Positions 10,947 to 22,634 of a stretch of DNA of 58,146 nucleotides are shown here, in pieces; positions within the stretch are counted from its first letter, which is position 1, and every line of letters starts with the position of its first letter. The stretch spans positions 124,001 to 182,146 of the forward strand of contig MEDY01000078.1 of the NCBI GenBank assembly GCA_001724265.1, written 5' to 3'. The stretch comes from Rhizaria sp. SCN 62-66. Its lineage: Eukaryota. The notes below the pieces were generated by a model that did no database searches, was not told the DNA's origin, and was given only the letters and a program-made list of their open reading frames with translations. The position numbers were made by a program, and so were the translations under genes.

Positions 10947-11725
10947 GCGGTTAATAAACGGTGCGTGTGCCGCAAGTTGGTTTGACGGATGCAGCTTAAG
11001 TGTTGCTCAGTGGGGCGCGCCAGGCAGGTTGATGCGGAAGTGGAGGTGGGTGGCTCTGCACAGACGAGGTTGGAAAAGAACGCAAAAATGAAAGTTTCAA
11101 GTAGGATTATAAAACTCAAGGATATAGAAACACATGTAAAATGTTGATTAGGAGCGTTTGACATTGATCGATGATGGTTTAAGTGGGATATCCACTTTCC
11201 ACTTTGCAGTTTGAGTTTTTGATATCTCCTCTTGCTAGGGCACGGTTCCGAAAAAAGCTCAGCAGCTGAGGGAGCACCTTCCTTGGTTAGTTTTCTTGAA
11301 GCTCCCAGTCCATGCCTCTGTCCGTTATAGGGACTAGCGTCTCAATATTAAGTACAATAAACATTAATTTGCGAGCTCATTCTTTATTACTAAAATAACT
11401 CACAGCCCTGGCTCGCAAATCCTTTCTCACCTCCACCACCACGCCCTCCAAGAAGAACTCTCTTCCTCCTTCGACGCCCGTTCGTCGTCCCGCCGTGCCT
11501 GCTCTCTGTCCAAGCGCTTGCACTCACTGCCGCACCACCACCGTGCCGCCGTTGCGCCGCCCGCGACTTTGAAGCGTCCACGCTTTTGTCCTGGCGCGAC
11601 AGCATCCGCCCCTCTCGCTTCCCGCTTGAGTACCAAGCAAGCAGGCGTCGTCAATTTGCAAGTGAGCGCCTAAGCAGTTCGCAGCTTGCACTCGCAGCCG
11701 TCGCTGTCTTTTTACTCGTTGCACA

Positions 11726-14700
11726 ATGCCATCAATTTTCTTGTTATCCTTGTCGCCTCTGTGGCGGCGCCTCGCCACCGTTTGCATCGTCTTGGTGTTG
11801 GCGTCCATGCTCGTGCTAACGCCTTTCGCCGCCGCCGACGATGACGATGAGGTCGCCACTGTCAAAATTGCCTTCACGGGCTACGTCTACGGCGGCATTA
11901 CCGAGGTTACCAGCAGCGAGTTCTGCGCCGTCAAGACCCTCGCGAGCCCCGACGCCGTGTGCGCGGGCGGCTGCGCGCGGCGCAAGACGTTTCTCGACAC
12001 CATGCGCGCCGATGGGTACCTGCTCGTCGACATCGGCACCTTCGCCTTCGGCTCGCTCTACACGACGTTGTACCGCCTCGCGCCGGGCGCGGAGTGCCTT
12101 GCGCAGACCAAGTACGACCTGCTGGCCGTCGGCGGCGCCGACTTCTATCAGGGCTACGATGACTACGTGAATCTCCTCTCAGACGTCCGGACCCGCACTG
12201 CCGAGGCCTCTAGATTCATCGTCACCCCGCTCACGATCAACCCGACGTGCGCCAAGAACAGCACGGCACCCGCGCTGGGCTCGCTAGTGTCTCGTTCGTG
12301 GGCCACGACGCTGGAGAACGGCCTCACCGTGGGCTTTCTGTCGCACATTTCACCCTATTTCGAGTCCTCGGTGCCGGACCCCTACGGCTGCCTGACCTTC
12401 CCCAAGACTATGAGCGCCGCGATAGATATCATGCGGCAGGAGATCCACTACCTGCGCTACACCAAGAACGCTAAGGTCATCGTCCTGCTGTACGAGATGA
12501 ACCGCACCGTGTCGGCGTCGATCGACACGATCCGCGAGCTCGAGCATGTCAACATCGTCCTCACGTCGCGCTTCAACCAAACCACGCCCCTGGTCGCCAC
12601 CTCGGTGTTCGGCGACAAGTTCCTCATCGCGGGTGTCACCGCGACCTACGGCACACAGATCGGCGTGGTACAGGCGCAGTTCAACGCCACCAACGGCAGC
12701 TTCCTTAACATTGACGCCGCGGACGTCGCGAAGATCTCCACCATCAACGCCGCCTCGGCCCCGCGCGAAGCCACGCTCGCGAACTACATTGACACCCACT
12801 ACAACATCAGCGCCGACCCTAATTTCTCCCGCAAGGTCGCTGCGAGCATCCGCACGATCGATGGCCGCGACGGCCTGCTCATGTCCCCCGACGCGTGGGG
12901 CTGCCGCACCGCCGCGTGCCCTATGGGGAGACTCCTCGTCACCGCCTTCGCGTCATATTGCAAGCCCGTGCCGGCGGACGACCCTTGTATCGTGTTCGTT
13001 AACGGCGGCAGCATCCGCGGCAACTTCACGCGGCCAGACACTCTCAACGCCACCACGCCGTTCGACATCAAGATGTTCGACTCATACCGCGTCTCGCCCT
13101 TCGCCAACACGCTCGCGCAGGCCACGGTGACCGGCACCGCGCTGCTGCAGGCGCTGGCCAACTCGATCTCGCTGGCGCCCCAACAGGGCGGGCGCTTCAT
13201 GCAGTCCAACATGCGCGTCATCTTCAACCCGTATATTCGCTCCGACATCCCCGCGACCAACTTCGCCACGCGCGTGCTGAGCGCCGAGGTGCCGGTCCCG
13301 GATCCCGACGGGCTGGGGACCTGGAACGGCGCGCCCGTGACGTGGACGCAAATTAATCCGGCCAAAAACTACACTGTTATGACTCTCAAGTACCTCCTGG
13401 ACGGCTCTGATGGCTACACGTCGCTCGTCGACAACGTGCCGGCCGAGGGCAGCACTGAGATCTCGACTATTGACGCGTTCGCGGGCTACTTAGAGTCGCT
13501 CTCGGCGCCCTTAGACTATCCGACGTACGAGGAGATGGGCAGCTGTCTCACGGTCAACACCCCGCTGTCGCCGTCGTCGTCGTGCATGAACGTCTACGTC
13601 AACAAAACCTACAACGAGTACAACCGGTGCGTCACCAACGAGCCCTTTTGTGCCGCCAACGCCGGCTCCATCCTCTTCTCCGCGATGTATGTCGACCCGG
13701 ACCAGTGCGCCCAGTGCTCCGGGCTCGGCACGTGCTCCAAGGAACGCGTGTGCACGTGTTCCGGCCGCCACATCGTCACCGTCGACTCCCCTACCGGCGA
13801 CGGCAGCGTCGTCGACGTCACTTACGCCTTCGACAGCGGCCGCCCGCTGACGGGCCCCTGGAGGGGCATCGAGATGCTGCGCGGCGCCGACTGCTCCGAG
13901 ACGCGCGCGCTGCAGCTCCTGTCCGACGGCGACAGAGCCGCGCTCTACGTCGCCGCCGCGCTCGCGTTCTTGGTGTCGATCGCGTGGGCGGGGGTGCTGT
14001 TTTACTACCGCAACGAGGCCGTGGTGCGCGCGTCGTCGCCCTACTTCGGCATGCTCATGTGCGTTGGCGGGCTACTTGTCGCAACGTCCATCACCCTCGA
14101 CGCCACCAAGAATAAGACCACTGACAGCTGCAACGGCTCCGTGTGGCTGCTGGTGCTGGGCTATAGCCTCATCTTCGCCTGTGTGTTTGTCAAGACGCAC
14201 CGCATCCACGCCATCTTCAACGCCAAGATCCTCAAGGGCCGCATGTCTTACACGGACGCGTACGTGTTGCTCTACGTCGGCATCATTACCGCGGTCAACG
14301 TCATCGTGCTGATCCTCTTCCGCGCCACGGCGCCGCTGCGCGCGAACCTCTTCGCCGTTAAGGGCAGCTTCACTATCGCACAGCGCTGCTCTTCGGACGA
14401 GATCGCCTTCACGGCTGTCCTGCTCGTGTACAACGGGCTGCTGCTCGCCTGGGGCATCTACCTCGCAGTGCGCACGCGTAACGTCGACTCCAACTTCAAC
14501 GAGTCCAAGTACATCGGCGCGGCCGTGTACAACTGCGCTCTGGTGGCGCTTGTGTCCTTGCTCTTCGCGTACGCCGTCGCGCTGACCCAGCCCAACGTCG
14601 CCACCGTCGTCCGCGGCTGGCTGCTCGCATACGTCGTCATCTTTACGCTCACCGTGCTGTTTGCACCGCGTCTGCAGCTGTTTTTTCACGGCGTCCGCGA

Positions 14701-15558
14701 GTCCCAGGCGGCACGCACGCAGGCCAGCGACCTCGAGCGCCAGGTATGTTCTGTTCTCTCCTTACTAACCCTTCAGCAGCATATTTTGCCACGATATATC
14801 GACTTTAGTTGCTACTTTGTTTGTATTTTCTTATCACACTCATCTTTAACTTGACTATATTGCTCACCATTTCTTCCCTCCCTTTTACTACTTTCTTTCG
14901 CGCTTAGGCCGTGCGTGACAAGCGCGTGCTGCAGGCGATGGTGGCCAAGATGCGCGAGCACGACGAGCAGGTGCAGGAGCGCAACGACGTGATCGCGCTC
15001 CTAGTCAAGGCCTGCGCGCAGAGCGACATCTCCCCGCCCCCGCACGCGGTGAAGCTCGCCAGCGAGGGCGTCGCGCCCGCGCAGGACGCCGTGGTGATCA
15101 CCACCAACGACCCCGGCGCCGAGGGCGGCAGCCTCATCATGGGCGGCGTCAACGGAGGCGGCGGCGGCGGCGGCGCGCCGCGGGCATTGCCGATGCGCCG
15201 CGACCGCGACCGCGTGGGCGGCCGGCAAAACAACAGCAACAACAACAGCGGCATCTTCAATGCGTCCAACAACAACAACAAGCACGGCGCCGCGGTGCCT
15301 CTGAGCCCGATTGCGGCCAACGTAGTTGCGGGCGTGGCTACGGGCGCGGCTGCGGGCGCGCCTGCTGCTGCTGGCGACGGGCCCCGACAGACGGGCGCGC
15401 GCGGCAGTGGGATTCACCGGCCGCAGTTCGCCAACATGGGCAACAGCATGCTCAGCCTGCGGCACACCAACAGCGGCGACTTGGACCACACGAATAACGC
15501 CAGTATGACTGACGCGGGGGTTAGCGCGAATGATATTGAGCTCACGCGCTTCAATTAA
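11726..15558 (+). CDS. Class C (GABA-B-like) 7TM receptor with a pseudo-5'-nucleotidase ectodomain and Cys-rich/EGF-like linker, paralog 1; exons 11726-14743 and 14908-15558
   Basis: Signal peptide; nucleotidase-fold motifs NGGSIRG, PFAN, GGRF and YLLDGSDGY; CSGLGTC..CTC; 7TM hallmarks VVRASSP, KTHRIHAIF and RNVDSNFNESKYIG..VYN. Intron GTATGT...CTTAG keeps the frame; ends TAA. Confidence 0.88.
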
Positions 15559-16885
15559 GCAAGCCGTCGTGAGCAACTTCACTTTGATTTGATATTTGTC
15601 GATTCACATTGAAGATGTGTGTATAATCCATGTGTTTTTTCTGCTTTGTGTAAGCGTTGACTCATGATGTGTCGCGTTTGTGTTGTAATGTAACTGTTTG
15701 GGCCTCTCTGCTTTTGTTGCGACTTTGTTGTTGGTGTTGTCTGGTCTGTTTCGAGGGCAACTGTTATCGTTCAGTGTCTTCACTTTCGTTCTCTTAACTA
15801 TCTATGGACAGCAAAACAATGGTTTTGCGGTTCTTCTGTCTCCTTTTTCCTGTCCGTCGTTGAGGTTAGTGCCCTTTGTGTTTGTGCTGTGCGTACGCTT
15901 ACGAATGTTTTGTGTTTAATTACAAAGCGAGTTGCAGCGGAGCCTCCGTCTCGTATATCGGACCCGTGACGGGGGTGTATCGATCCTTATGTCATTTTCT
16001 TCTCTTATTTTATTCTTTTCTTGACTCTGGCTCATGCAGTTCGCTCGTTCAGACTGCTGTGAACTGTTTTTATGAATGTTGTCTGACTTAGACAGTGTAA
16101 CGGCGCTACCAGAACCAGGGATATCGTTGATTTAGTTGGTTTTTCCTAGTATAAAAAAACCTCTTATAACATTAAAAGCACGGATTTATAACTATACTCA
16201 AAGACCAGGTCTTAAAGTGACCCCCACTATGCGTTTATGGTTGACTACGCTGATTTGGGGCGGAAACGAACTGGCGCACGGTCACGTCGCCTCGAAAGGC
16301 CAAGTGACTGTGGGTCAGCGTTTTTGAAGGGACGAGCGAGATCAAATATAGACGCTGCATACCCTATGTCACCGTTGTTCGAATGCATAAAGTATTGCTC
16401 TAGCTGCTTTACGAGCTGACAATAACCGCACAATTGTCGCTTTTTCGAGGCAAAATCGTGACAACGCACACATCCGATCGTATGCTTCTCAATATGGCGT
16501 ATGCTCCGAAGGAGCAATCTCTCCAGTCGGGCTTCGTCACAGCTCCGGCCCGCAAACGCCAAAGTGCAGTGTTTTTATATTTTCGCAAACTAACGACGAT
16601 TATAATAATGGTTTGAAGATTCTGTCTCTACTGACGCTTGTTGTGCTGCTTCACAGTCTGTTCCGGTCTTCTGCCCGCCACTCGCACTCGCGCCAGCGGC
16701 TCACTCGTCGCTCCCGCCCCGACCCGGCCCTCACGTTCTCCCGTTTCCTCTTCCCTTTCCTCCTCAACCTGTCTCTCCTCACTTCTACTTACACAGAGCG
16801 TCACTTCGGTGTAGTTGCCATTGATTTCCCCCACCCCATCTCAATTGTCCGCAACAACTCCCTCTGCACACCAGTGACCGCCCCG

Positions 16886-19800
16886 ATGGTTCTCATCTCC
16901 GGGTCCGGGGTTTCCCCCCGCTGGCCCTCGGCGGCCACCACCACAGCAGCCGCCGCAGTCGCGACGCCTGCGCAGACCGCGCGCGTGTCTGTGCGCTCCC
17001 TGCTCGCCGCGCTCGCACTGGTCCTCTTTTGCATCCTGAGCGCCGCCCCTGTCGCTGTTTTCGCTGCCGACGAAGTGACGACGCTCAACATCGTCTTCAC
17101 GGGCTACGTCCACGGCGGCGTCACCAGCATCGACCCCGCCACGGGCGAGTTTTGCATTGCGCGCGGCATGAATGACACAGCGGCCAGCAGTACCTGTCAG
17201 GGTGGCGGCGACCGCCGCAAGGGCTACTTCGACTCACAGCGCGAGCTCTATCCCGACACCGTCGTCGTCGACCTCGGCAACTACTTCTGGGGCTCTGTGT
17301 TCTACACTATGTACGGCTCCGCGCCCTCGGTGGCGTGCTTCCAGCGCTCCGACTACGACATCGCAGCCATTGGCGGCAGCGACATGTACACGAGCTACGA
17401 GGACTACGCCAGCATCGTCAAGAACATGTCTGTGTACACGCAGTTCATCGCCACCAACGTTGACTTTGACAACGATCCGGAGAACGACCTCGGCAACAAC
17501 ATTGTCGCCAAGTCCTTCATCAAGACGCTCTCGTCCGGCGTCAAGGTCGGCTTTGTGTCGCCTGTCTCGCCCTACTACAATACCACGATTTCGCTGCCCA
17601 AGCCCGGTTTCATGACCATCAACCCCAACGCGACGGCGGCGAACCACCTGCGGCAGGAGATTTCCCGTCTCCGCGCCTCTGGCGTCACCGTCATTGTGCT
17701 CATGATGGAGTTCACCCGCGACTTCGACACGGAGCTGTCGCTGGCCAAGGAGCTCGAGTTCGTCGACATCGTGCTCTCATGCCGCGGCGGCGATATCGCG
17801 AACAAGAACAAGTCGATCGAGACGAACGACTACGGTCAGCCCTTTTTGTACATGACCGTGGGCGACTCGTGGGGATTGTACGTCGGAAGCGTCGTCGCTG
17901 AGCTCAACTCAACCACGGGGCTGTTCGTCAACAAGACTAAAGCATTGGAGGACTCGAAGCTCAAGCTCATTAACGCCGCCGTTACGCCCGACGCGGACAT
18001 TCGCAGCACTATTACGACCCAATTTGACCTCAGCAAGAACGAGAACTTCATCCGCGAAATCGGCACGACTGACAAGCCGATCGAGTTCCTCAAGGCGAGC
18101 TGCCGCACGCTCTCGTGCCCCGTCGGTCAGCTCGTCGTCGACGCCATGGCCAGCTACTGCAACATCACCTCGACCGACAACCCGTGCGTGGTGCTGCTCA
18201 ACGCTGGCTCACTGCGCGCCCCCGTCGGCTCCGGCACGGGCCCCAACATCACCGTGCGCGCCGCGAACGCGTACCAAGTGCTGCCTTTCTTCAACTCGTT
18301 GCTGAGAATGCGCATCAAGGGCAGTGTGCTGCTCGATGTGCTTGCCAACTCCATCTCCAAGTACTCGGCCGTCGACGGCCGCTTCCTGCAGACCAACATG
18401 CGCGTCATCTTCAACCCGTTCTCGAACCCCAGCATCATGGACTATGCAAGCCGCATCATGGAGGCGCTGGTCAAGTTCCCCAACGGCGAGTGGACGGCTA
18501 TCAACTCGGACGCCTACTACCCCATCATCACCTCGACTTACATGTCCGACGGCGGCGACGGATACACGATGCTCAAGGGCGCCGATCCTGACATGGCCGA
18601 GCTTAAGATGACGTTCGCCGATGCGCTTGTGAACTACATCGACAAGTTTACCCAGGGTCTTCTCACGACTTCTGCCTCCGCGGCCTCCTTCGCCGACGCC
18701 CCCGGCTTCATGCCCACCGACGCGTCTGGCTACTCGCCCTACGCCATGGCCCGCAAGTTCGTCGGCTACAGCAGCCCTCGCAACGCCGACGCCAACGCCG
18801 ACGCCGGCGAGGTGACCACCGCCGCCGTCTCGCACCCCCTCGTGTACCCGACGCTGGCCGAGTGCAACGCGTGCAACTACACTGAGACCCCCCTGCCGGT
18901 CGAGTCGACGTGCTTTAACGCCATCGTCAACAAGACGCTCGCCGAGTACCACCGCTGCAATACGGATCAGGATTTCTGCGACGCCTACGCCGGCTCGATC
19001 CTTTTTTCCTCGTTCTTCGTCGACGGGTCAACGTGCGACCAGTGCTCTGGCGTCGGCCGCTGCGAGGACCGCAAGTGCGTGTGCTCGGGCTCACATTCGG
19101 TCACCGTGCCCGACGGCGCGGGCGGCAACACAACCGTCACGTACAACTTGGTCGACGGCGCGCCCACGGCGGGCGTGTGGGAGGGCATCGTGCTCGTGCA
19201 GGGCACGCTATGCTCCGAGATCCGCACCGTGTGGTCCTTCTCCGAGGGCGACAAGGTGGCCATGTACGTCCCCGCCGCGCTGTCGTATCTCTTCTCGCTC
19301 GTCTGGTTCATCGTGCTGTTTGTGAACCGCAATGAGGCCGTGGTGCGCGCGTCATCCCCGCTCTTCGGCATGCTCATGTGCGTCGGCGGCTTTGTCGGCG
19401 GCACCTCGATCATCATGGATGCCAACGCAACCTCGACCGACACGTGCAACGCGTCCATCTGGCTGCTGGTGCTCGGCTACAGCCTGCTCTTCGCGTGCCT
19501 CTTCGTCAAGACGCACCGCATCCACGCCATCTTCAACGCCAAGCGCCTCAAGGGCCGCCTCGTGTACACGGACGCGATCGTGCTCACGTACGCCAGCGTG
19601 CTTACGGCGATCAACGTTATCGTGCTCATCGTCTTCCGCATTATCTCCCCGCTGGAGCTCAAACCATTCGTGATGGAGGACGACTTTGCGCTCGGCGAGC
19701 GCTGCTCGTCCAGCAGCATCATCTTCACCATCATCCTCTTTGTCTACAACGGCCTGCTGCTGGCGTGGGGCATCTACCTCGCCGCGCGCACCCGCAACGT

Positions 19801-20827
19801 CGACTCCAACTTCAACGAGTCCAAGTACATCGGCGCGGCCGTGTACAACTGCGCCTTCTCCGCGCTGGTGCTTATGCTCGTCATGTACGTCATGTCCACC
19901 ACGGAGCCCTCGATCGCGTACATCATCAAGTCGTGGCTCGTTTTCTACATCATCGCCGCCACGCTCTCGGTGCTCTTTGCGCCGCGCGTGTTGCTCGTGT
20001 ACCGCGGCATCCGCCAGGCGTCTGTCGAGGCCACCGCGCGCAGCACCACGGGCGGGCAGAGCGAGCTGGAGAAGCAGAGCGCGCGCGACCGCCGCACGAT
20101 CCAGACACTCGTGCAGCGCATGAAGGAGCACACGACCGAGCGCGACAACGCCATCTCGGTCCTCGTCAAGCTGCTGGAGGAGAACAACATCCAGGCGCCC
20201 GCGTTCAACTTCGCACAGGCCAGTCCCGAGGTCGAGCCAATCACCATCGCCGGCAGCAACAGCACTGCTGCGGGCGCTGGCGGCGAGGGCGGGCTGCAGG
20301 CGTCTCCGTCTATGGCCGCGGGCGCGGGCGTCGGCTCTGCACTGGCCTCCCAGCAGGGCGGCGCCGCGGGCTCCAACAGCCGACTAACAACGCAAACCAG
20401 CGGGCTCACGGGCGGCACTGTGCGGCGCCCGATGTTCGCGAACCAGCAGCGCTACAGCTCGCGGCCCGGCACTCCCGGCGGCGGCTCGCGCCAGTCGATC
20501 ACCTCGGCGTCGACCTCCGCGCCCGCCGCCGCCGCCGCGACGGCCGCGCACAACAAGAACAACCCCACCTACAACCTGTACGCCCAGTCGCAGCACCCGC
20601 AGGGCGAGGCCCCTGCGACCCCGACGTCTGATCTCGCGCCCAACGGCATGCAGCCCTCGTCCAGCGGCGTCGGTGCCGCGGCGCCGGGAACCGCGGGCGG
20701 GATGCGCGTCCCGACGTTCAGCCTCCCGTCGACGCCGTCCTCGGCGGTGAACATCCACGGCGACGTCGAGTCCGGCGCGGGCGCGGGCGTCGGCGCCGGC
20801 GATGTTGAGCTGCAGCCGATGCACTAA
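16886..20827 (+). CDS. Class C (GABA-B-like) 7TM receptor with a pseudo-5'-nucleotidase ectodomain, paralog 2 (intronless)
   Basis: Colinear with paralog 1: FTGYVHGG, NAGSLRA, PFFN, GRF, YMSDGGDGY, CSGVGRC, VVRASSP, RNVDSNFNESKYIG. First in-frame ATG at 16886 is followed by a hydrophobic signal; ends TAA. Confidence 0.88.
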   Translation: MVLISGSGVSPRWPSAATTTAAAAVATPAQTARVSVRSLLAALALVLFCILSAAPVAVFAADEVTTLNIVFTGYVHGGVTSIDPATGEFCIARGMNDTAASSTCQGGGDRRKGYFDSQRELYPDTVVVDLGNYFWGSVFYTMYGSAPSVACFQRSDYDIAAIGGSDMYTSYEDYASIVKNMSVYTQFIATNVDFDNDPENDLGNNIVAKSFIKTLSSGVKVGFVSPVSPYYNTTISLPKPGFMTINPNATAANHLRQEISRLRASGVTVIVLMMEFTRDFDTELSLAKELEFVDIVLSCRGGDIANKNKSIETNDYGQPFLYMTVGDSWGLYVGSVVAELNSTTGLFVNKTKALEDSKLKLINAAVTPDADIRSTITTQFDLSKNENFIREIGTTDKPIEFLKASCRTLSCPVGQLVVDAMASYCNITSTDNPCVVLLNAGSLRAPVGSGTGPNITVRAANAYQVLPFFNSLLRMRIKGSVLLDVLANSISKYSAVDGRFLQTNMRVIFNPFSNPSIMDYASRIMEALVKFPNGEWTAINSDAYYPIITSTYMSDGGDGYTMLKGADPDMAELKMTFADALVNYIDKFTQGLLTTSASAASFADAPGFMPTDASGYSPYAMARKFVGYSSPRNADANADAGEVTTAAVSHPLVYPTLAECNACNYTETPLPVESTCFNAIVNKTLAEYHRCNTDQDFCDAYAGSILFSSFFVDGSTCDQCSGVGRCEDRKCVCSGSHSVTVPDGAGGNTTVTYNLVDGAPTAGVWEGIVLVQGTLCSEIRTVWSFSEGDKVAMYVPAALSYLFSLVWFIVLFVNRNEAVVRASSPLFGMLMCVGGFVGGTSIIMDANATSTDTCNASIWLLVLGYSLLFACLFVKTHRIHAIFNAKRLKGRLVYTDAIVLTYASVLTAINVIVLIVFRIISPLELKPFVMEDDFALGERCSSSSIIFTIILFVYNGLLLAWGIYLAARTRNVDSNFNESKYIGAAVYNCAFSALVLMLVMYVMSTTEPSIAYIIKSWLVFYIIAATLSVLFAPRVLLVYRGIRQASVEATARSTTGGQSELEKQSARDRRTIQTLVQRMKEHTTERDNAISVLVKLLEENNIQAPAFNFAQASPEVEPITIAGSNSTAAGAGGEGGLQASPSMAAGAGVGSALASQQGGAAGSNSRLTTQTSGLTGGTVRRPMFANQQRYSSRPGTPGGGSRQSITSASTSAPAAAAATAAHNKNNPTYNLYAQSQHPQGEAPATPTSDLAPNGMQPSSSGVGAAAPGTAGGMRVPTFSLPSTPSSAVNIHGDVESGAGAGVGAGDVELQPMH

Positions 20828-22634
20828 GAGCCAAGCGAAGCGTCGCAGCCGCTGCGGCGGCGCAAGCTGATAAACTACGCTGCGATCGGTTCAGTGTGAT
20901 CGTGCTGTGTGCTGTACGCTATGTCGTGTTGTGGTCTAAGTACATTTCGTCCAAGTGTCTGTCCGGCAAGTATGTATCTCGGTAAAGGTGAAGACGCCTC
21001 ACTTGAGATACCAGTGGTGTTTCTCCATCATGAGGACTCTTGTCCTGTCAGTAGATACGATCACACAAGGATGCTTTGACGACTCATTGCCAACTCAAGC
21101 ATGTACTACTGAATGCTGTGTTGTTGCTATTCTGTGTACTGTTCCGGACTGTATTGTCCGTAATCTGTGCAAAATTGTATGTCTGTACCCTCTTCTCATC
21201 TCCTCCGTCTTTGTCATCGTTTGTTTTCTTTTTTCATCCAAGTGTTTTTTTCTTTAGTTCTTCTTATTAGGAAATCTAGAAATTGTGTTTTGCTTTGTTT
21301 CTTTTTCTTCGATATAACCTCCGTCATCCTCTAATCGTCCACTCATCGTCTCTCTTCATTCTTCTCAGTCGTTCAAACCTTTCCCATAATACCCATTCCT
21401 ACACTCGTTCGTTGATTCATTCAACGCGACTTCCCTATTCCTTCCTTTAATCGCAATTATAACTCCCATCATAATTCGTTGCAGTAGTCGCAACAGCCGA
21501 TATTATTCCTTTTTTTAAAAATACCAACACGAAAGGGCGTGTACTTAGGAGTTGCATCCGTCGTAGATAGAGTCAGTATAGCTGTCACAATAAGAACCAA
21601 TCTCGAGATATATCTGCACGCGTTTGTATATCATGCTCATGTTTTTGCAGTGTTTCTGATACTCCTTATGGCTGAGCTTATTATGACTAAGATTGACTTT
21701 TATTCTATTGCAACAACACACGTACACATTATTCTTTGACTCGGGCGATGTCTCGATCTTCATCTATATCTCACGGCATATCATCACATACACGCCGGTA
21801 CCTACACTCATCGATATGCCTTCGATACGGACGATCGTAAGTCCGAGTACCCAAGCGCAACCTACCCACGTTTGTGTGCGGAGGTGCGTGGCTTGTGGCA
21901 AGTGTGCGTGTCTGCCTGTATGCGTTGAGAAAGAGAGGGACATTGCCGCTCGTCACGTGCACTGTTTGCGATGTGCATCCTTCACCGCTACCGTCAACGC
22001 CTCGCTCGTTTTCTTGTTTTGTTTTGTTTCCGTTTTGGTTCTTTTTGTGTCTGTTTTGATTGCTAGTGCACCTATGTTTGTTGTTTTTTAAGTTCTCGAG
22101 TCGTACAGTACGTGTCTACGTGGCGTGTTTCAGCGCGGGAATTGGTTGATTAGCGTGAGTCGTTTACTGGAGTGCAAAGTACATGATTGAATCACGAATG
22201 TTTCTGATGCTTCCATTCATGCTTTGCTCTCGTTGCTGTCACAATCACATTATACTCACTTGCCGCTGGTTCCGACTGCTTTTTCACTGGTGTAACGATG
22301 AAACAATTGCATGATGCACTGAGCTTAGTGTTCTGTTTTATCTCAGCTAATCAGTAATATATAAACGTGTACATACACAGATTTGTTTGCATATCGATCA
22401 TAAGCATATACGTGCACACGGATCCGTAGCTTCATTACACATTTCGTCATGATACACGCGCAACCTGTCCGTGGACACAAATGTGGACATAAATGCAGTG
22501 CTGTATTGCGAATGAAATACATTCAACATCTAATAGTATCTAAAATCAACGTCGCATTAACGATTGCTTATTTCTAATTTATCTAAATCAACGTAGTATT
22601 CGTATCAGTCGAAGCATGCGACTTTTTTTCTCCC

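Noticed and set aside
14905-14907. TAG triplets at 14905, 32671, 52266 and similar positions as further recoding evidence
   Set aside because: These are ordinary intron acceptors preceded by pyrimidine tracts, so they were not counted.
16613-16885. N-terminal extension of receptor paralog 2 from the TTG start in the ORF track
   Set aside because: Pyrimidine-rich, UTR-like sequence; ATG 16886 precedes the signal peptide. The same reasoning was applied to non-ATG starts listed for AK8, WDR19 and EngA.
20830-22630. Short ORFs or ncRNA in the AT-rich intergenic region
   Set aside because: No coding bias or motifs; no tRNA, rRNA or other structured RNA recognisable here or elsewhere in the window by eye.
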